Shown here: piece by piece, positions 35,978-46,446 of the stretch
How positions within the stretch are numbered: the first letter of the stretch is position 1
How the letters are laid out: the number at the start of each line of letters is the position of its first letter
From: Alphaproteobacteria bacterium
Lineage (GTDB): Bacteria > Pseudomonadota > Alphaproteobacteria > Rs-D84
Length of the DNA: 64,000 nucleotides
Direction: 5' to 3'
Assembly (NCBI GenBank): GCA_017534945.1
Contig: JAFXVB010000024.1
Location: 19,546 to 83,545 of the forward strand
Notes under the pieces: generated by a model
Databases searched by the model: none
The model's input: only the letters and a program-made list of their open reading frames with translations
Told to the model about the DNA's origin: nothing
Program-made: the position numbers and the translations under genes

Positions 35978-38491
35978 GTGGCGGTAAAAAACAAACTTTC
36001 ACCGGTTATGCAACAATATATGGATATGAAGGCTGAAAATCCAGATGCGTTGCTGTTGTTTCGTTTGGGCGATTTTTACGAGGCTTTTTTTGATGATGCA
36101 AAAACCATTAGTGAATCATTAAGTTTGGTTTTAACAAAACGCGGAACAGATGCGGACGGCGCGAATATTCCTATGTGCGGAATTCCATGGCATGCGGCGG
36201 ACAATTATTTTGGGCGCTTGGTTAAAAATGGTTTCAAAGTCGCTTTGGTTGAACAAATGGAAACACCAGCCCAGGCATCGGCACGCGGTCATAAATTCAT
36301 TGAACGCAAAATCGTTCGTGTGTTAACACCGGGGACACTTACCGATGAAAATTTATTAAATCCCAAAACTGCGAATTTCTTGGTCGCGATTGTTCCAATT
36401 CAAAATAATAAATTTGATATTGCGGGTTGTGATATTTCAACTGGCGAATTCTTTATTGGTCAAACCGCCGACATAATTGATGATTTGGTTCGATTAAATC
36501 CCGCCAAAGTTATTTATCCTGCATCATATGCCGAACATGATACTGTATTCCATTTGCGCACGATTTTCAAAACAACACCGGTATATGAAAAATTGTATAT
36601 CAGGGCGGATATTACACAAATTGTTTCGCGTATATTCGGTGGAACGGTTGACGATACACAATCTCAAAATATGGATAATGCGACATATTTATTGGCGGGT
36701 TATTTATTTAATACTGGGCGTGGGGCAACAACAACATTTCGCGCACCGCGTCAATTTAAAACAGATTCGCAATTGCTTATTGATTCTGCAACTTGGAAAA
36801 GTTTGGAAATTGATGCACCGATAAATAATGGTGGCGCATGTTTGGTTGATGTATTGGATAAAACAAAAACCGCCGCGGGCGCGCGTAAGTTGCGTGCTTA
36901 TTTACGGGCATTATCTGGTGATATAAACGATATTAAATTACGGCAAACACATATTGCACACTTTGTTTCAAATCGTAATACTTTGATAAATATTTCACAT
37001 GAATTATCCAGTATGCCGGATGCCGGGCGCAGTATTGCACGATTATCTGCCGGACGCGGAACACCACGCGATTTGTCGCACATCAAAGATTTTATATTAA
37101 ATTTGCCAAACCTTAAAATGATGGCGATGGCATTGGATGCGGATTTTTCTGGGCGCATGTCCAATATCAACACTCATGATGAATTAGCATTGAAATTAAA
37201 ACGCGCGTTAAATGATGAATTACCAACATTTTTCCGCGATGGCAATGTAATTCGTGATGGGTTTGATGCCGGGTTGGATAAAATGCGCGAATTATCACAT
37301 GGTGCAAGAAATACTATTGCCGGGCTTCAGGCGCAATATATTGAACAAACCGGTATTAATACACTTAAAATCAAATTCAATAATATATTGGGATATTTTA
37401 TAGAGGTTCCATCGGCACGCGCAGATATCATGATGAAACCAGATTCTGGGTTTATACATCGTCAAACTTTGGCCGGGAACATGCGTTTTACAACCGCACA
37501 ATTGATTGATTTAGACAATGATATTCGCAGTGCTGTGGATAAAGCCGCCGCAATCGAAGAAGAAATTATAAATGGGTTTATCAATGACATTCGCAGAATT
37601 GCCGATGACTTGTTATCAACCGCAGATTTGTTGGCGGATATTGATGTTTGGGCGGCACTTGCCATGTGTGCAATTGAATATGATTGGACATGTCCACAAA
37701 TTACACCTGATTTTGAATTTAATGTAATTGATGGTCGACACCCGGTTATAGAGGCAGTGTTGCGTCGCCATGGTAATAACTTTGTTAAAAACGATTGTGA
37801 TTTATCGTCTAAAAAAATTGCATTACTTACCGGGCCAAACATGGCGGGTAAATCGACATACCTGCGTCAAAACGCATTGATTATTGTGTTGGCGCATTTG
37901 GGATCTTTTGTACCGGCTAAATCCGCCACAATCGGTGTATGCGACCAATTATTCAGTCGCGTTGGTGCGTCCGATAATTTAGCAGCGGGACAATCTACAT
38001 TTATGGTAGAAATGAGTGAGACCGCAAATATTTTGCGTCGTGCCACAGGGCGTTCTTTTATTATTTTTGATGAAATTGGACGCGGGACGGCGACATATGA
38101 CGGCATGGCCATTGCCCAGGCTGTATTGGAATTTTTAAATGATTTAACACCACGCACACTGTTTGCGACACATTATCATGAATTGACGGCATTGGCGGGT
38201 GATAATTCGGGGGCGCTGTCCAATGTATCATGTTTAACAATTGATGTGCGTGAATATAACAATGAAATTATATTTATGCATAAAATTATACCGGGTGTCG
38301 CAAATCGTTCGTATGGAATTCATGTTGCCAAAATGGCAGGCATGCCGGAATCTGTGGTTGCGCGGGCGGAATCTGTGTTGGCAGGTTTGGAAAACGAAAA
38401 TGTTATGACGGTTGAAATTAAAAAGGCACCCGCAAAACCCAAATTGCAGGTGAAAGACGACACATCGCAATTATCACTGTTTGGAAAATAA
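35978..38491 (+). CDS. mutS: DNA mismatch repair protein MutS
   Basis: It has the N-terminal TPVMQQYMDMKAENPDALLLFRLGDFYEAFFDDA and the Walker A GPNMAGKST. 837 aa. Confidence 0.9.
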   Translation: MAVKNKLSPVMQQYMDMKAENPDALLLFRLGDFYEAFFDDAKTISESLSLVLTKRGTDADGANIPMCGIPWHAADNYFGRLVKNGFKVALVEQMETPAQASARGHKFIERKIVRVLTPGTLTDENLLNPKTANFLVAIVPIQNNKFDIAGCDISTGEFFIGQTADIIDDLVRLNPAKVIYPASYAEHDTVFHLRTIFKTTPVYEKLYIRADITQIVSRIFGGTVDDTQSQNMDNATYLLAGYLFNTGRGATTTFRAPRQFKTDSQLLIDSATWKSLEIDAPINNGGACLVDVLDKTKTAAGARKLRAYLRALSGDINDIKLRQTHIAHFVSNRNTLINISHELSSMPDAGRSIARLSAGRGTPRDLSHIKDFILNLPNLKMMAMALDADFSGRMSNINTHDELALKLKRALNDELPTFFRDGNVIRDGFDAGLDKMRELSHGARNTIAGLQAQYIEQTGINTLKIKFNNILGYFIEVPSARADIMMKPDSGFIHRQTLAGNMRFTTAQLIDLDNDIRSAVDKAAAIEEEIINGFINDIRRIADDLLSTADLLADIDVWAALAMCAIEYDWTCPQITPDFEFNVIDGRHPVIEAVLRRHGNNFVKNDCDLSSKKIALLTGPNMAGKSTYLRQNALIIVLAHLGSFVPAKSATIGVCDQLFSRVGASDNLAAGQSTFMVEMSETANILRRATGRSFIIFDEIGRGTATYDGMAIAQAVLEFLNDLTPRTLFATHYHELTALAGDNSGALSNVSCLTIDVREYNNEIIFMHKIIPGVANRSYGIHVAKMAGMPESVVARAESVLAGLENENVMTVEIKKAPAKPKLQVKDDTSQLSLFGK

Positions 38492-38493
38492 TT

Positions 38494-39363
38494 ATGTATG
38501 GTTGGATTATTTTAGATAAAGCATCAGGTTTATTCAGCAGAAGTGCCAGCACACGCATCGCACGATTGTTTGGCGAAAAAAAGTCTGGACATATTGGGAC
38601 ATTGGACCCGATGGCAACCGGTGTTTTACCAATCGCAATTGGTGATGCAACCAAAATGATTCCCTTTGTCGAAGGGGCAAATGGTGGTATAAAAGAATAT
38701 TTATTTTCTGTGCAATTTGGTATTGATACAGACACTTTGGACATTACCGGACATGAAATAGCGCGAAACGATATTATTCCAACAGACGCGCAGATTTTTG
38801 ACGCAATAAAACACTTTGTTGGTGATATTCAGCAAGTACCACCGACATACAGTGCAATTCATATTGATGGCAAACGCGCATATAAAATAGCACGCGACGG
38901 AAACCATATCGAATTACCCGCGCGCACAGTACACATATATGATATTCATTATAATGGTTTTAATGGTACATCATGGGCGTTTTCTGTGCGATGTGGGACT
39001 GGGACATATGTTCGAAGTTTGGCGCGTGATATCGCAAATTATTGCGGTGCAATCGCGACCGTTGATATGATTCGCCGGGTGCAAACAAATGGGTTTGATA
39101 TAAAAAATGCCGTATCACTTGATTTTTTGGAAAATCTGTATAATAATGGTGCGGACATTGGGGGATACCTGATGCCGATTGATTCTGGACTGGGGGACAT
39201 TCCGGTTTTGAATCTGGACGATAAAGACACCGAACTATACAGGCATGGTGGATTTATCAAAACAGCAATGCCAAACGGACTATTTCGTGTTTATAATGGC
39301 ACAAAATTTGTTGGAATTGGTGTTGTTCACGACAAACAATTGCGTCCAAAACGCACAATATAA
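38494..39363 (+). CDS. truB: tRNA pseudouridine(55) synthase
   Basis: It has the …GHIGTLDPMATGVLPIAIGDATK catalytic Asp motif. Confidence 0.85.
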   Translation: MYGWIILDKASGLFSRSASTRIARLFGEKKSGHIGTLDPMATGVLPIAIGDATKMIPFVEGANGGIKEYLFSVQFGIDTDTLDITGHEIARNDIIPTDAQIFDAIKHFVGDIQQVPPTYSAIHIDGKRAYKIARDGNHIELPARTVHIYDIHYNGFNGTSWAFSVRCGTGTYVRSLARDIANYCGAIATVDMIRRVQTNGFDIKNAVSLDFLENLYNNGADIGGYLMPIDSGLGDIPVLNLDDKDTELYRHGGFIKTAMPNGLFRVYNGTKFVGIGVVHDKQLRPKRTI

Positions 39364-39375
39364 AAGGAAAATACA

Positions 39376-39648
39376 ATGTCCATTACAAAGGCAAAAAAAA
39401 CTGAATTAATTAAAGAATACAGCGTTTCTGAAAAAGATAACGGGGGCAGTGCCGCTTCTCAGGTTGCGGTTTTGACCGAACGTATTCGTAATTTAACAGA
39501 ACATATGAAGAATAACCACAAAGACGAACACAGTAAACGCGGTTTGTTATTGATGGTAAATCGTCGTAAGAAATTATTGGCCTATATCAAACGCCGTAAT
39601 GCAAAAGATTACGAAGAATTGATTAAAAAATTAGGTTTAAGAAAATAA
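39376..39648 (+). CDS. rpsO: 30S ribosomal protein S15
   Basis: 90 aa, with …HKDEHSKRGLLLMVNRRKKLLAYIKRRNAKDYEELIKKLGLRK. Confidence 0.9.
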   Translation: MSITKAKKTELIKEYSVSEKDNGGSAASQVAVLTERIRNLTEHMKNNHKDEHSKRGLLLMVNRRKKLLAYIKRRNAKDYEELIKKLGLRK

Positions 39649-39667
39649 TAATTTCAAAAAATCTATT

Positions 39668-39695
39668 TGCCGCCAAATTTGGCGGTTTTTTTTTT
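39668..39695 (+). terminator. Intrinsic terminator after rpsO
   Basis: gccgccaaatttggcggtttttttttt. Confidence 0.65.
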
Positions 39696-39746
39696 ACAAA
39701 AAAACACCAACCAAATTGGTTGGTGATTCGTTCTGCAAGATTATCT

Positions 39747-40805
39747 TTATTGGTTCACTGTGGATTCAGCCGGTGTTGGTTCACCTTTTGCCATTTCCAA
39801 TTGGTCCAATGTGTACACTTTACCCTTTTTGGCCTCTTCGGCGGCTTTATCCGCGGCAATTGATTCTTGTAAATCTGTAATCAATGTGTTCAAACGTTCC
39901 ACTGTATCCGTATCGTTCAAAGCAATTGCAATTTGCTGTGCCGCCGCCAAATTTGTCAGTGCCGCTTCCTTATTATCTAACTTCAAATATAATGCCGCAC
40001 TTTTTTCAGTATACAACATTACATCGTGGGATAATCTTTCACCTTCGGCCGCATCGGTCACACCGTTTAATTGTTCTTTGATAACCTGCATCGCAGATGC
40101 GTAATCGGTTATTGCATCGGTGTAATCACCCTTTGCGGTGTATGCTTCGGCGCGTTCGGCATAAACATCTGGCGATACGGTGCCGTCTGGGCGTGCCAAC
40201 GAATTTGTATAATCAGCAATCGCACCATCCCAATTTTTCTGCCACAAATTCAATTGACCGCGTTTTGCATACAAATCACGCATTGCAATTGATGGGTTTG
40301 GATTTGTTGCCGCAACAACCAAAGCATTGTTAATGTCAATCATCGCCGCATCATAATCCTCTAAACGCATTTCTAATAATGCACGATCATAATACGCAGA
40401 AACATTTGTAGAATCATGTTCAATTGCAGAATTAAAGTCAGCCATCGCTTTTTTATAATCACCCAACAACATATACGCTTCGCCACGAGCAATGTATGCC
40501 GTTCCAGATACAACACCAGAATTCACAACCGCGGTTAAATCTGCGATTGCACCTTCGATATCGCCCTGCTCTAACTTTGATTTACCAGCATTGAAATAAT
40601 CATTTGCCTGCATCAAAATTTCTTCGTTCAATGTTGCAGGATTATGAATCATACCATGACTGCGTCCCAAAATATAAAATGTCGCAGCAATGAAAAATAA
40701 AATTATAAACCAATAAACATAAATTGGTGTCGTCCACCCAGAAGTCATAGTTTTCACAGTATTTGACTTTGGTTTGTCGTTTGTTTTTTTGATAACCTTG
40801 CGCAT
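39747..40805 (-). CDS. Membrane-anchored tetratricopeptide-repeat protein
   Basis: It has an N-terminal TM helix followed by multiple TPR-like A/Y/D repeats (…GDYKKAMADFNSAIEHD…). Confidence 0.6.
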   Translation of the reverse strand: MRKVIKKTNDKPKSNTVKTMTSGWTTPIYVYWFIILFFIAATFYILGRSHGMIHNPATLNEEILMQANDYFNAGKSKLEQGDIEGAIADLTAVVNSGVVSGTAYIARGEAYMLLGDYKKAMADFNSAIEHDSTNVSAYYDRALLEMRLEDYDAAMIDINNALVVAATNPNPSIAMRDLYAKRGQLNLWQKNWDGAIADYTNSLARPDGTVSPDVYAERAEAYTAKGDYTDAITDYASAMQVIKEQLNGVTDAAEGERLSHDVMLYTEKSAALYLKLDNKEAALTNLAAAQQIAIALNDTDTVERLNTLITDLQESIAADKAAEEAKKGKVYTLDQLEMAKGEPTPAESTVNQ

Positions 40806-40841
40806 AAAAAGTCCCCCTTTTTTCTCTTTCCACTTTAAATA

Positions 40842-41537
40842 TTAAAGAGTTTTAAGGAGCAGGTCAACATCTTTCTGTGATACTTTTATTATTTTCCCCA
40901 ACGGCAATTTTCCCAATTGTAAATTGCCAAAAGATTCACGATGTAATTTTTGAACCGGTGCGCCACATGCACGCAAAACAATTCGCACTTCGTTCTTTTT
41001 CCCTTCGGTTATTGTTATGCGAAGTTTACCCGGTGCAATTTCATCAATGACCATTGGGCGATAATGAATACCGTCCACAGTCGCCCCACGACGCGCAATA
41101 TCCAGGTTTGGATTTTTACCACCAACACGCGCAATATATGTACGCGGAATTTGATTTGTCGGTAATGTTAAACGCCGCACAACATCACCATCATTTGTCA
41201 TCAATAATAACCCCGTTGTTTTATAATCCAAACGCCCAACATATCGCAAATGTTTATATTCTGGGGGTAATATGTCATAAATAGTTTTACGCGAAAGTGG
41301 GTCGCGTACAGTTGTCATTACATTTAATGGTTTATTGAAAATATATAATTCTATGTTTTTTTGTTGTTCTATTTTTTTGCCGTTTATTTTAACAACATCA
41401 TTTTCATCAATATTTGTCGCCGGTGTTTTTATTACTTCATCATTCACAGATACCGCACCAGATTCAATCAATTTTTCCGCATCCCTGCGTGATGCGATAC
41501 CGGCATGTGCAATAAATTTTGCAATTCTTTGTTTCAT
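40842..41537 (-). CDS. rRNA pseudouridine synthase, RsuA/RluB family
   Basis: It has an S4 domain and the GRLDYKTTGLLLMTNDG motif. Confidence 0.8.
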   Translation of the reverse strand: MKQRIAKFIAHAGIASRRDAEKLIESGAVSVNDEVIKTPATNIDENDVVKINGKKIEQQKNIELYIFNKPLNVMTTVRDPLSRKTIYDILPPEYKHLRYVGRLDYKTTGLLLMTNDGDVVRRLTLPTNQIPRTYIARVGGKNPNLDIARRGATVDGIHYRPMVIDEIAPGKLRITITEGKKNEVRIVLRACGAPVQKLHRESFGNLQLGKLPLGKIIKVSQKDVDLLLKTL

Positions 41538-42190
41538 AACATCACCCGCGATATGGCGATTGGTGCCGCCAATTCTGCGCGCAGAATTGTTTTGCCCAAC
41601 GACATGCCACGCGCACCATTTTTATCCAATATTTCAAATTCTGGGTTTGAAAATCCACCCTCGGGTCCAACCAAAATATTTTTTACATTTTTATATTCGT
41701 GTGGCATATCGACACCGTATGCAGCACGTTCATCTGCGAACACTAAATCTGCGAAAGGCAAATCATTAAACTTTATTGGTGATGTGATATCCGGCACAGA
41801 ATTACGATTTGATTGTTCGGCGGCCTCTATCACTATTTTTTTCATACGCCCCCAGTTTATGTGATTAGCAACCGTTCGTTCTGTTATCACAGGAACAAAT
41901 TTCGCAACACCCATTTGTGTCGCCATATTTAACATGTCGTCCAATCGTTTTATCGGTGCAAAATACAAAACAATATCACCAGTTGGGTCGGTATGCGATG
42001 TTTTATCACCAATTGTCATCGTTTTACCATCATCGTTTAATACCGCCGTATATTCATTGCCATCACCAAAAACCAAACAATCTTTGCGCCGCATAACATG
42101 CGATAAATAGTGTGCCACAGATTTATCAACCGGTATTATATTACCAGATTCTATATTGGCGCCGATAAAAATTCTTGGTATATTTTTCAT
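41534..42190 (-). CDS. rsmE: 16S rRNA (uracil1498-N3)-methyltransferase
   Basis: The C-terminus is …ILVGPEGGFSNPEFEILDKNGARGMSLGKTILRAELAAPIAISRVML. Confidence 0.8.
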   Translation of the reverse strand: MKNIPRIFIGANIESGNIIPVDKSVAHYLSHVMRRKDCLVFGDGNEYTAVLNDDGKTMTIGDKTSHTDPTGDIVLYFAPIKRLDDMLNMATQMGVAKFVPVITERTVANHINWGRMKKIVIEAAEQSNRNSVPDITSPIKFNDLPFADLVFADERAAYGVDMPHEYKNVKNILVGPEGGFSNPEFEILDKNGARGMSLGKTILRAELAAPIAISRVML

Positions 42191-42247
42191 AAATATTTTT
42201 ATTTCGTGATTTATCTCTGGACAGTTTTATGGTATAATAATAACACC

Positions 42248-44530
42248 ATGGCTGAGAAATTCAAGATTTTATCTGCAGGTGGGTCGTCCAAGGGGCTGAA
42301 TATTTTCAAATCCAGCGCCTATAAAGAACACGAAGTCGCCCCAATGTCGCAAATGTTTTGGGTGTTCCGTTGGAACGCCATTGTATGGCTGTCTTGCGCG
42401 GTGGCATTTACTTTTGCATTTGTGTTGGAACATATATTCCGTTATGGTTGGTCGCCGGCAACCGCACATTGGTCGGCTATATTTTTACGCGATGCGATAA
42501 CTTCGGTTGGTATGTCGGTTGTGGCGGCGGTTCCTGGTTGGATTGCGCGTTGTGTTATGCGACCTGATTTTTATTGTATTATGCCGCTGTTGCCGTTTAT
42601 TGCGTTTTACTTTATGGTGGACGACACATTGACCAAAGAATTCAATCCGCATGGTAAAGATATTTATGACGAAAAATCTTCGCGTAAGGCAACCGCCGCC
42701 GACATTAAAAAAATGGGGTTGTTTAACAATAAAGAAGGTTTGTTTAATGGTTTTATGATGGTGTTGGGTTATTTCAAAGATAAAGGAAAAACAAAACCAT
42801 TGATGATGGATGAAACTTTATCGGCATTGTGCGTGGCGCCTCCGGGAACCGGTAAAACGGCTGGCGTTGTGATACCGACAATTGTGGAATGCGATAATGT
42901 TTCGATGATTATTAATGACCCAAAGCCTGAATTGGATTATAAAACATCTGCGTATCGCGCGACGATTGGCCCGGTGTTTATTATGAATTGGGCGGGTCAA
43001 GACGACCCAGAACGCGGAATTTATTATCCATCATGGAATCCATTATCCCCAGAACATGTTCCATTTGAAATTGAACAACGCGATTTGTATGTTGATACAA
43101 TTTGCAAAGTCTTGGTCCCCGATGCCCAGGGCAGTGCCGACCCACACTGGTCAATATCGGGTCGTGCGGGGCTATCTGGGTTCGTTCATTATATTGTGTC
43201 CAAGATAGAACGTGCCAAGGCCGATGATTATTTCTATGCGCGGTTGGAATCCGGGGAATTTAATGAAGAAGATGCAAATGTTTTATTGGAATATTATTTG
43301 CAAATGTCCAGTAATCCAAACGCATATGCGGCGATGGGATTGTTGCAACGCGGCGAATTAAATAAAATGAATTATGTCCATGTTGGTTCGTGGCGACATA
43401 TCCCAGATGCATGGGTCGGCAAGGAAGCATCGCTGTCTATGATTTTGGATTGGTTAAACGCATCACAATTGGCAAATGCCGCCGAAATGGAAGAACGTCG
43501 TAAACAAGGCGACCAAATGGTGGCTTTGGCAGACCCAATGAAAGATGTATTAGAAGACGCAGTGAACGAAGCGGTCGAATACGCATATTCGCATCGTGCA
43601 GTTTTGGAATTGACCCAGTTGGCAAATACCCCTGATAAAGAACGCGGGTCTATCATTTCAACAATTATGGCGGGATTGGGTATATTCCGTAATGCCGCGG
43701 TTCGCAATAGAACAAGTCATTCCGATTTCCATTTTGAAGATTTACGCGGTATGGTTGACCCACGCGATGGCAAAATGAAACCTATATCGGTTTATTTATC
43801 TATCAATATGGTTGATGCCCAGGCATTGAATCCTATTACCGGTATTTTCATTGAATTAATGTCTAATTATTTGTTGGTGAATACCCCAGACGCAATAAGC
43901 ACAAATGGTAAAAAGTTAGGGCCATGTCCAGTATTATTCGTGTTGGACGAAATGCCAAAAATGCAAAAGTTAGATGCAGTTATCCAAGGACCAGATTTAG
44001 GACGCGGACAAAAGATTTCATACCTGATTATCGGCCAGGACATTCACCAGATTCAGGAAAAATATGGTGCGGATGCGGCGGCAACAATTATTTCAACAAC
44101 GGCGGCAAAAATTGTTATGCGTCAAAATGATTTAGAGACCGCCAAGAAATTTTCTGATATGATTGGTAATGAAATAAAGAAGGAAGTAAAGAAAAAGAAA
44201 GACAAAAACGGCAAAGAAACCGGAGAAACCGAAGAAACAACCAAAGACCCAAAATTATTGATTTCACCAATGGATATTATGACATTGGGCGAAGGCAAAC
44301 AATTGATTATTTATCAAGGATTTTATCACAGACCGATTGAGGCAACCCAAGAAAGATATTTTGTAAATAAGTCTGATATTGAAAAACAAATAAACGCCAA
44401 AGTTCAAATGGGCAAATCTGCGCCTATGCCGGAATTTTTAGTACCGAATCATTGTCGTGCAATGGGGTATACCGGTCAAATCCGCTTTATGGACCCAACC
44501 ACAAAAACAATAAAAGTTTTGTCTGAATAA
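42248..44530 (+). CDS. Type IV secretion coupling protein (VirD4/TraG/TraD superfamily), orphan
   Basis: It has N-terminal TM helices and the Walker A region …ALCVAPPGTGKTAGVVIPTIVECDNVSMIINDPKPELDYKTSAYRATIGPVFIMNW (TraG/VirD4-like). The Walker B is VLFVLDEMPKMQK. The C-terminal tail is K/E-rich. The start is set at 42248 to avoid the overlap with rsmE. Confidence 0.7.
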   Translation: MAEKFKILSAGGSSKGLNIFKSSAYKEHEVAPMSQMFWVFRWNAIVWLSCAVAFTFAFVLEHIFRYGWSPATAHWSAIFLRDAITSVGMSVVAAVPGWIARCVMRPDFYCIMPLLPFIAFYFMVDDTLTKEFNPHGKDIYDEKSSRKATAADIKKMGLFNNKEGLFNGFMMVLGYFKDKGKTKPLMMDETLSALCVAPPGTGKTAGVVIPTIVECDNVSMIINDPKPELDYKTSAYRATIGPVFIMNWAGQDDPERGIYYPSWNPLSPEHVPFEIEQRDLYVDTICKVLVPDAQGSADPHWSISGRAGLSGFVHYIVSKIERAKADDYFYARLESGEFNEEDANVLLEYYLQMSSNPNAYAAMGLLQRGELNKMNYVHVGSWRHIPDAWVGKEASLSMILDWLNASQLANAAEMEERRKQGDQMVALADPMKDVLEDAVNEAVEYAYSHRAVLELTQLANTPDKERGSIISTIMAGLGIFRNAAVRNRTSHSDFHFEDLRGMVDPRDGKMKPISVYLSINMVDAQALNPITGIFIELMSNYLLVNTPDAISTNGKKLGPCPVLFVLDEMPKMQKLDAVIQGPDLGRGQKISYLIIGQDIHQIQEKYGADAAATIISTTAAKIVMRQNDLETAKKFSDMIGNEIKKEVKKKKDKNGKETGETEETTKDPKLLISPMDIMTLGEGKQLIIYQGFYHRPIEATQERYFVNKSDIEKQINAKVQMGKSAPMPEFLVPNHCRAMGYTGQIRFMDPTTKTIKVLSE

Positions 44531-44534
44531 TTTT

Positions 44535-45797
44535 ATGAAAAAATCTGTTTCGTTTTTATTTGGTGTGTTTTTATTATCAGGTTGCGCAAGTGTGGCGACA
44601 TCAAATTTAATGCAAGTTCGACAATCTTTTGCGCATGATGATTTCATAAAATCCGCCGATAAATTCGCAAATAGCGCAGATATTCAATCCCAAGATTCTT
44701 TGGAGTTATTGATTAGTGGTCTGTCGCAATTCCAAGCAAAAGATTACATACAAAGCGATAACACATTTGAAGAGTTTAACAAACGAAATTACGATACAGA
44801 TGGCGGCAGTATTATTCGCGAAACAAAAAGTTTAATCGGTGGTCAATTGGTAAATGAATATAAACCATATATGATGGATTCTTTGTTTGTGTCTTACTAT
44901 CAAATTTGGGATGCGTTGGGACGGAATAAGCCAGATGATGTTCGTGTTATTATCAATCAATCTTATGCACGACAACAAAATATGTCGCGCGCATATGCCG
45001 ATATGGTTGAAAAAACAAATGAAAAAATGTCAAACGAAAGTGCCAGTGAATTAATGACTGAATTGCAAAAGCGAAATGCACAATGGGCAGCATATACCGA
45101 TATTATGAATCCAGCTTTGATGTATTTGTCGGGCATTTGGTTTTTGAACAATGGCGATTTTAATGATGCAGAAACTTACCTGAAACGCGCAACAGGTATG
45201 GTGCCAAATAATTCTTGGATAAAAACAGATTTAAAATTAGCGGAAAACAATCAAAAACCAACAAATACGACATGGGTATTTATTGAATCTGGGTTTGCAC
45301 CAATATTGCGCGAAGAATCAATTTCTTTACCTGTGCCACTGGGGAACAGTATTGGATGGGTATCAATCGCAATTGCAGAACCAGAATTTAATAATAATCA
45401 TTTATCAATATATGGCGCACAAAGTTTGGCCGATGTAAATGCAATGTTTATGACGGAATTTAATCAATACAGAACAAACGATGCATTGCGGGCCTTTGTT
45501 TCGGCATCGGCACGTGCTGTGGCCCAGGCAACCGCATATAATTCTGGCAGTAAATATTCTGGACTTTTGGGGTTGGGGGCAACTTTATTTTCACTTTCCA
45601 CCACAAATGCAGAGGTTCGTTCATGGGTGACATTGCCCGAAAGCATAAGTGTTATGCGTTTGAATACAGCAAACTTGATTGATTCAAATTTAAGTGCTAC
45701 ACTTGGCACAGATGTAAAATTACCGAAATCTGGAAATTATTTAATCTATGTACGATTGACAGAAAGTGCGCCAATTGTACATATGTTCAAAATATAA
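44535..45797 (+). CDS. Large lipoprotein (420 aa), hypothetical
   Basis: MKKSVSFLFGVFLLSGCASV has a lipobox. It is mixed alpha/beta with no confident family. Confidence 0.5.
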   Translation: MKKSVSFLFGVFLLSGCASVATSNLMQVRQSFAHDDFIKSADKFANSADIQSQDSLELLISGLSQFQAKDYIQSDNTFEEFNKRNYDTDGGSIIRETKSLIGGQLVNEYKPYMMDSLFVSYYQIWDALGRNKPDDVRVIINQSYARQQNMSRAYADMVEKTNEKMSNESASELMTELQKRNAQWAAYTDIMNPALMYLSGIWFLNNGDFNDAETYLKRATGMVPNNSWIKTDLKLAENNQKPTNTTWVFIESGFAPILREESISLPVPLGNSIGWVSIAIAEPEFNNNHLSIYGAQSLADVNAMFMTEFNQYRTNDALRAFVSASARAVAQATAYNSGSKYSGLLGLGATLFSLSTTNAEVRSWVTLPESISVMRLNTANLIDSNLSATLGTDVKLPKSGNYLIYVRLTESAPIVHMFKI

Positions 45798-45810
45798 AAA
45801 AGGAGAAAAT

Positions 45811-46416
45811 ATGAAAAAATTATTACCAATTGCTTTATGCGCGGTATTGGCGGGCTGTGGCGGAACACGCGTCGTCGATTTAGAAAATGAACGCGATGTC
45901 GCAACCATGCAAGATGTTATGGAATTAGAATATCGTGATTGGACAAAAACCGCCGAAAACATGACGGATTCTATGTTAAAAAGCAACGCGTTAACACGCG
46001 TAAAAAATCCTGTGATTGCGGTCGCGAATATTAAAAACGATACAATGCAACGATTTGATACAGATATTTTAATAAAAAAGATTCGCACAACTGTTTTAAA
46101 GTCTGGGCGCGCACAAATTGCAACAAACTTTACCGGCGAAGATACGACAAGCAATACTGTGCGTTCAACCCGCGGAAACGATGAATATGACCAATCAACC
46201 TTTGCAAGCAAAGGCACGTTGGTTGCACCAAACCTTTCGTTGTCGGGCAAAATGTTGCAACGCAATTTGAAAATTGAATCTGGGTGGTTTTCATCGGTTG
46301 ATACACGCGTAGAATATTATCTGCAATTGACATTGACTGATTTGAAAACTGGGTTGTCTGTATGGGAAGACGAACAACCGATTGTCAAAGAAGGCGACCA
46401 TGCACCAACATGGTAA
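45811..46416 (+). CDS. Lipoprotein, LpoB-like (tentative)
   Basis: The RBS aaggag precedes MKKLLPIALCAVLAGCGG. The C-terminal …VEYYLQLTLTDLKTGLSVWEDEQ pattern is reminiscent of LpoB-type lipoproteins. The similarity is weak. Confidence 0.45.
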   Translation: MKKLLPIALCAVLAGCGGTRVVDLENERDVATMQDVMELEYRDWTKTAENMTDSMLKSNALTRVKNPVIAVANIKNDTMQRFDTDILIKKIRTTVLKSGRAQIATNFTGEDTTSNTVRSTRGNDEYDQSTFASKGTLVAPNLSLSGKMLQRNLKIESGWFSSVDTRVEYYLQLTLTDLKTGLSVWEDEQPIVKEGDHAPTW

Positions 46417-46443
46417 AAAAAACGGCGAAAGCCGTTTTTTTAT
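46414..46443 (+). terminator. Intrinsic terminator
   Basis: aaaaaaaacggc-gaaa-gccgttttttttat. Confidence 0.6.
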
Positions 46444-46446
46444 AGG

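Noticed and set aside
42110-42247. Longer start for the coupling-protein gene at 42110
   Set aside because: It would overlap rsmE by 80 nt on the opposite strand. MAEKFKIL at 42248 gives a clean intergenic spacing.
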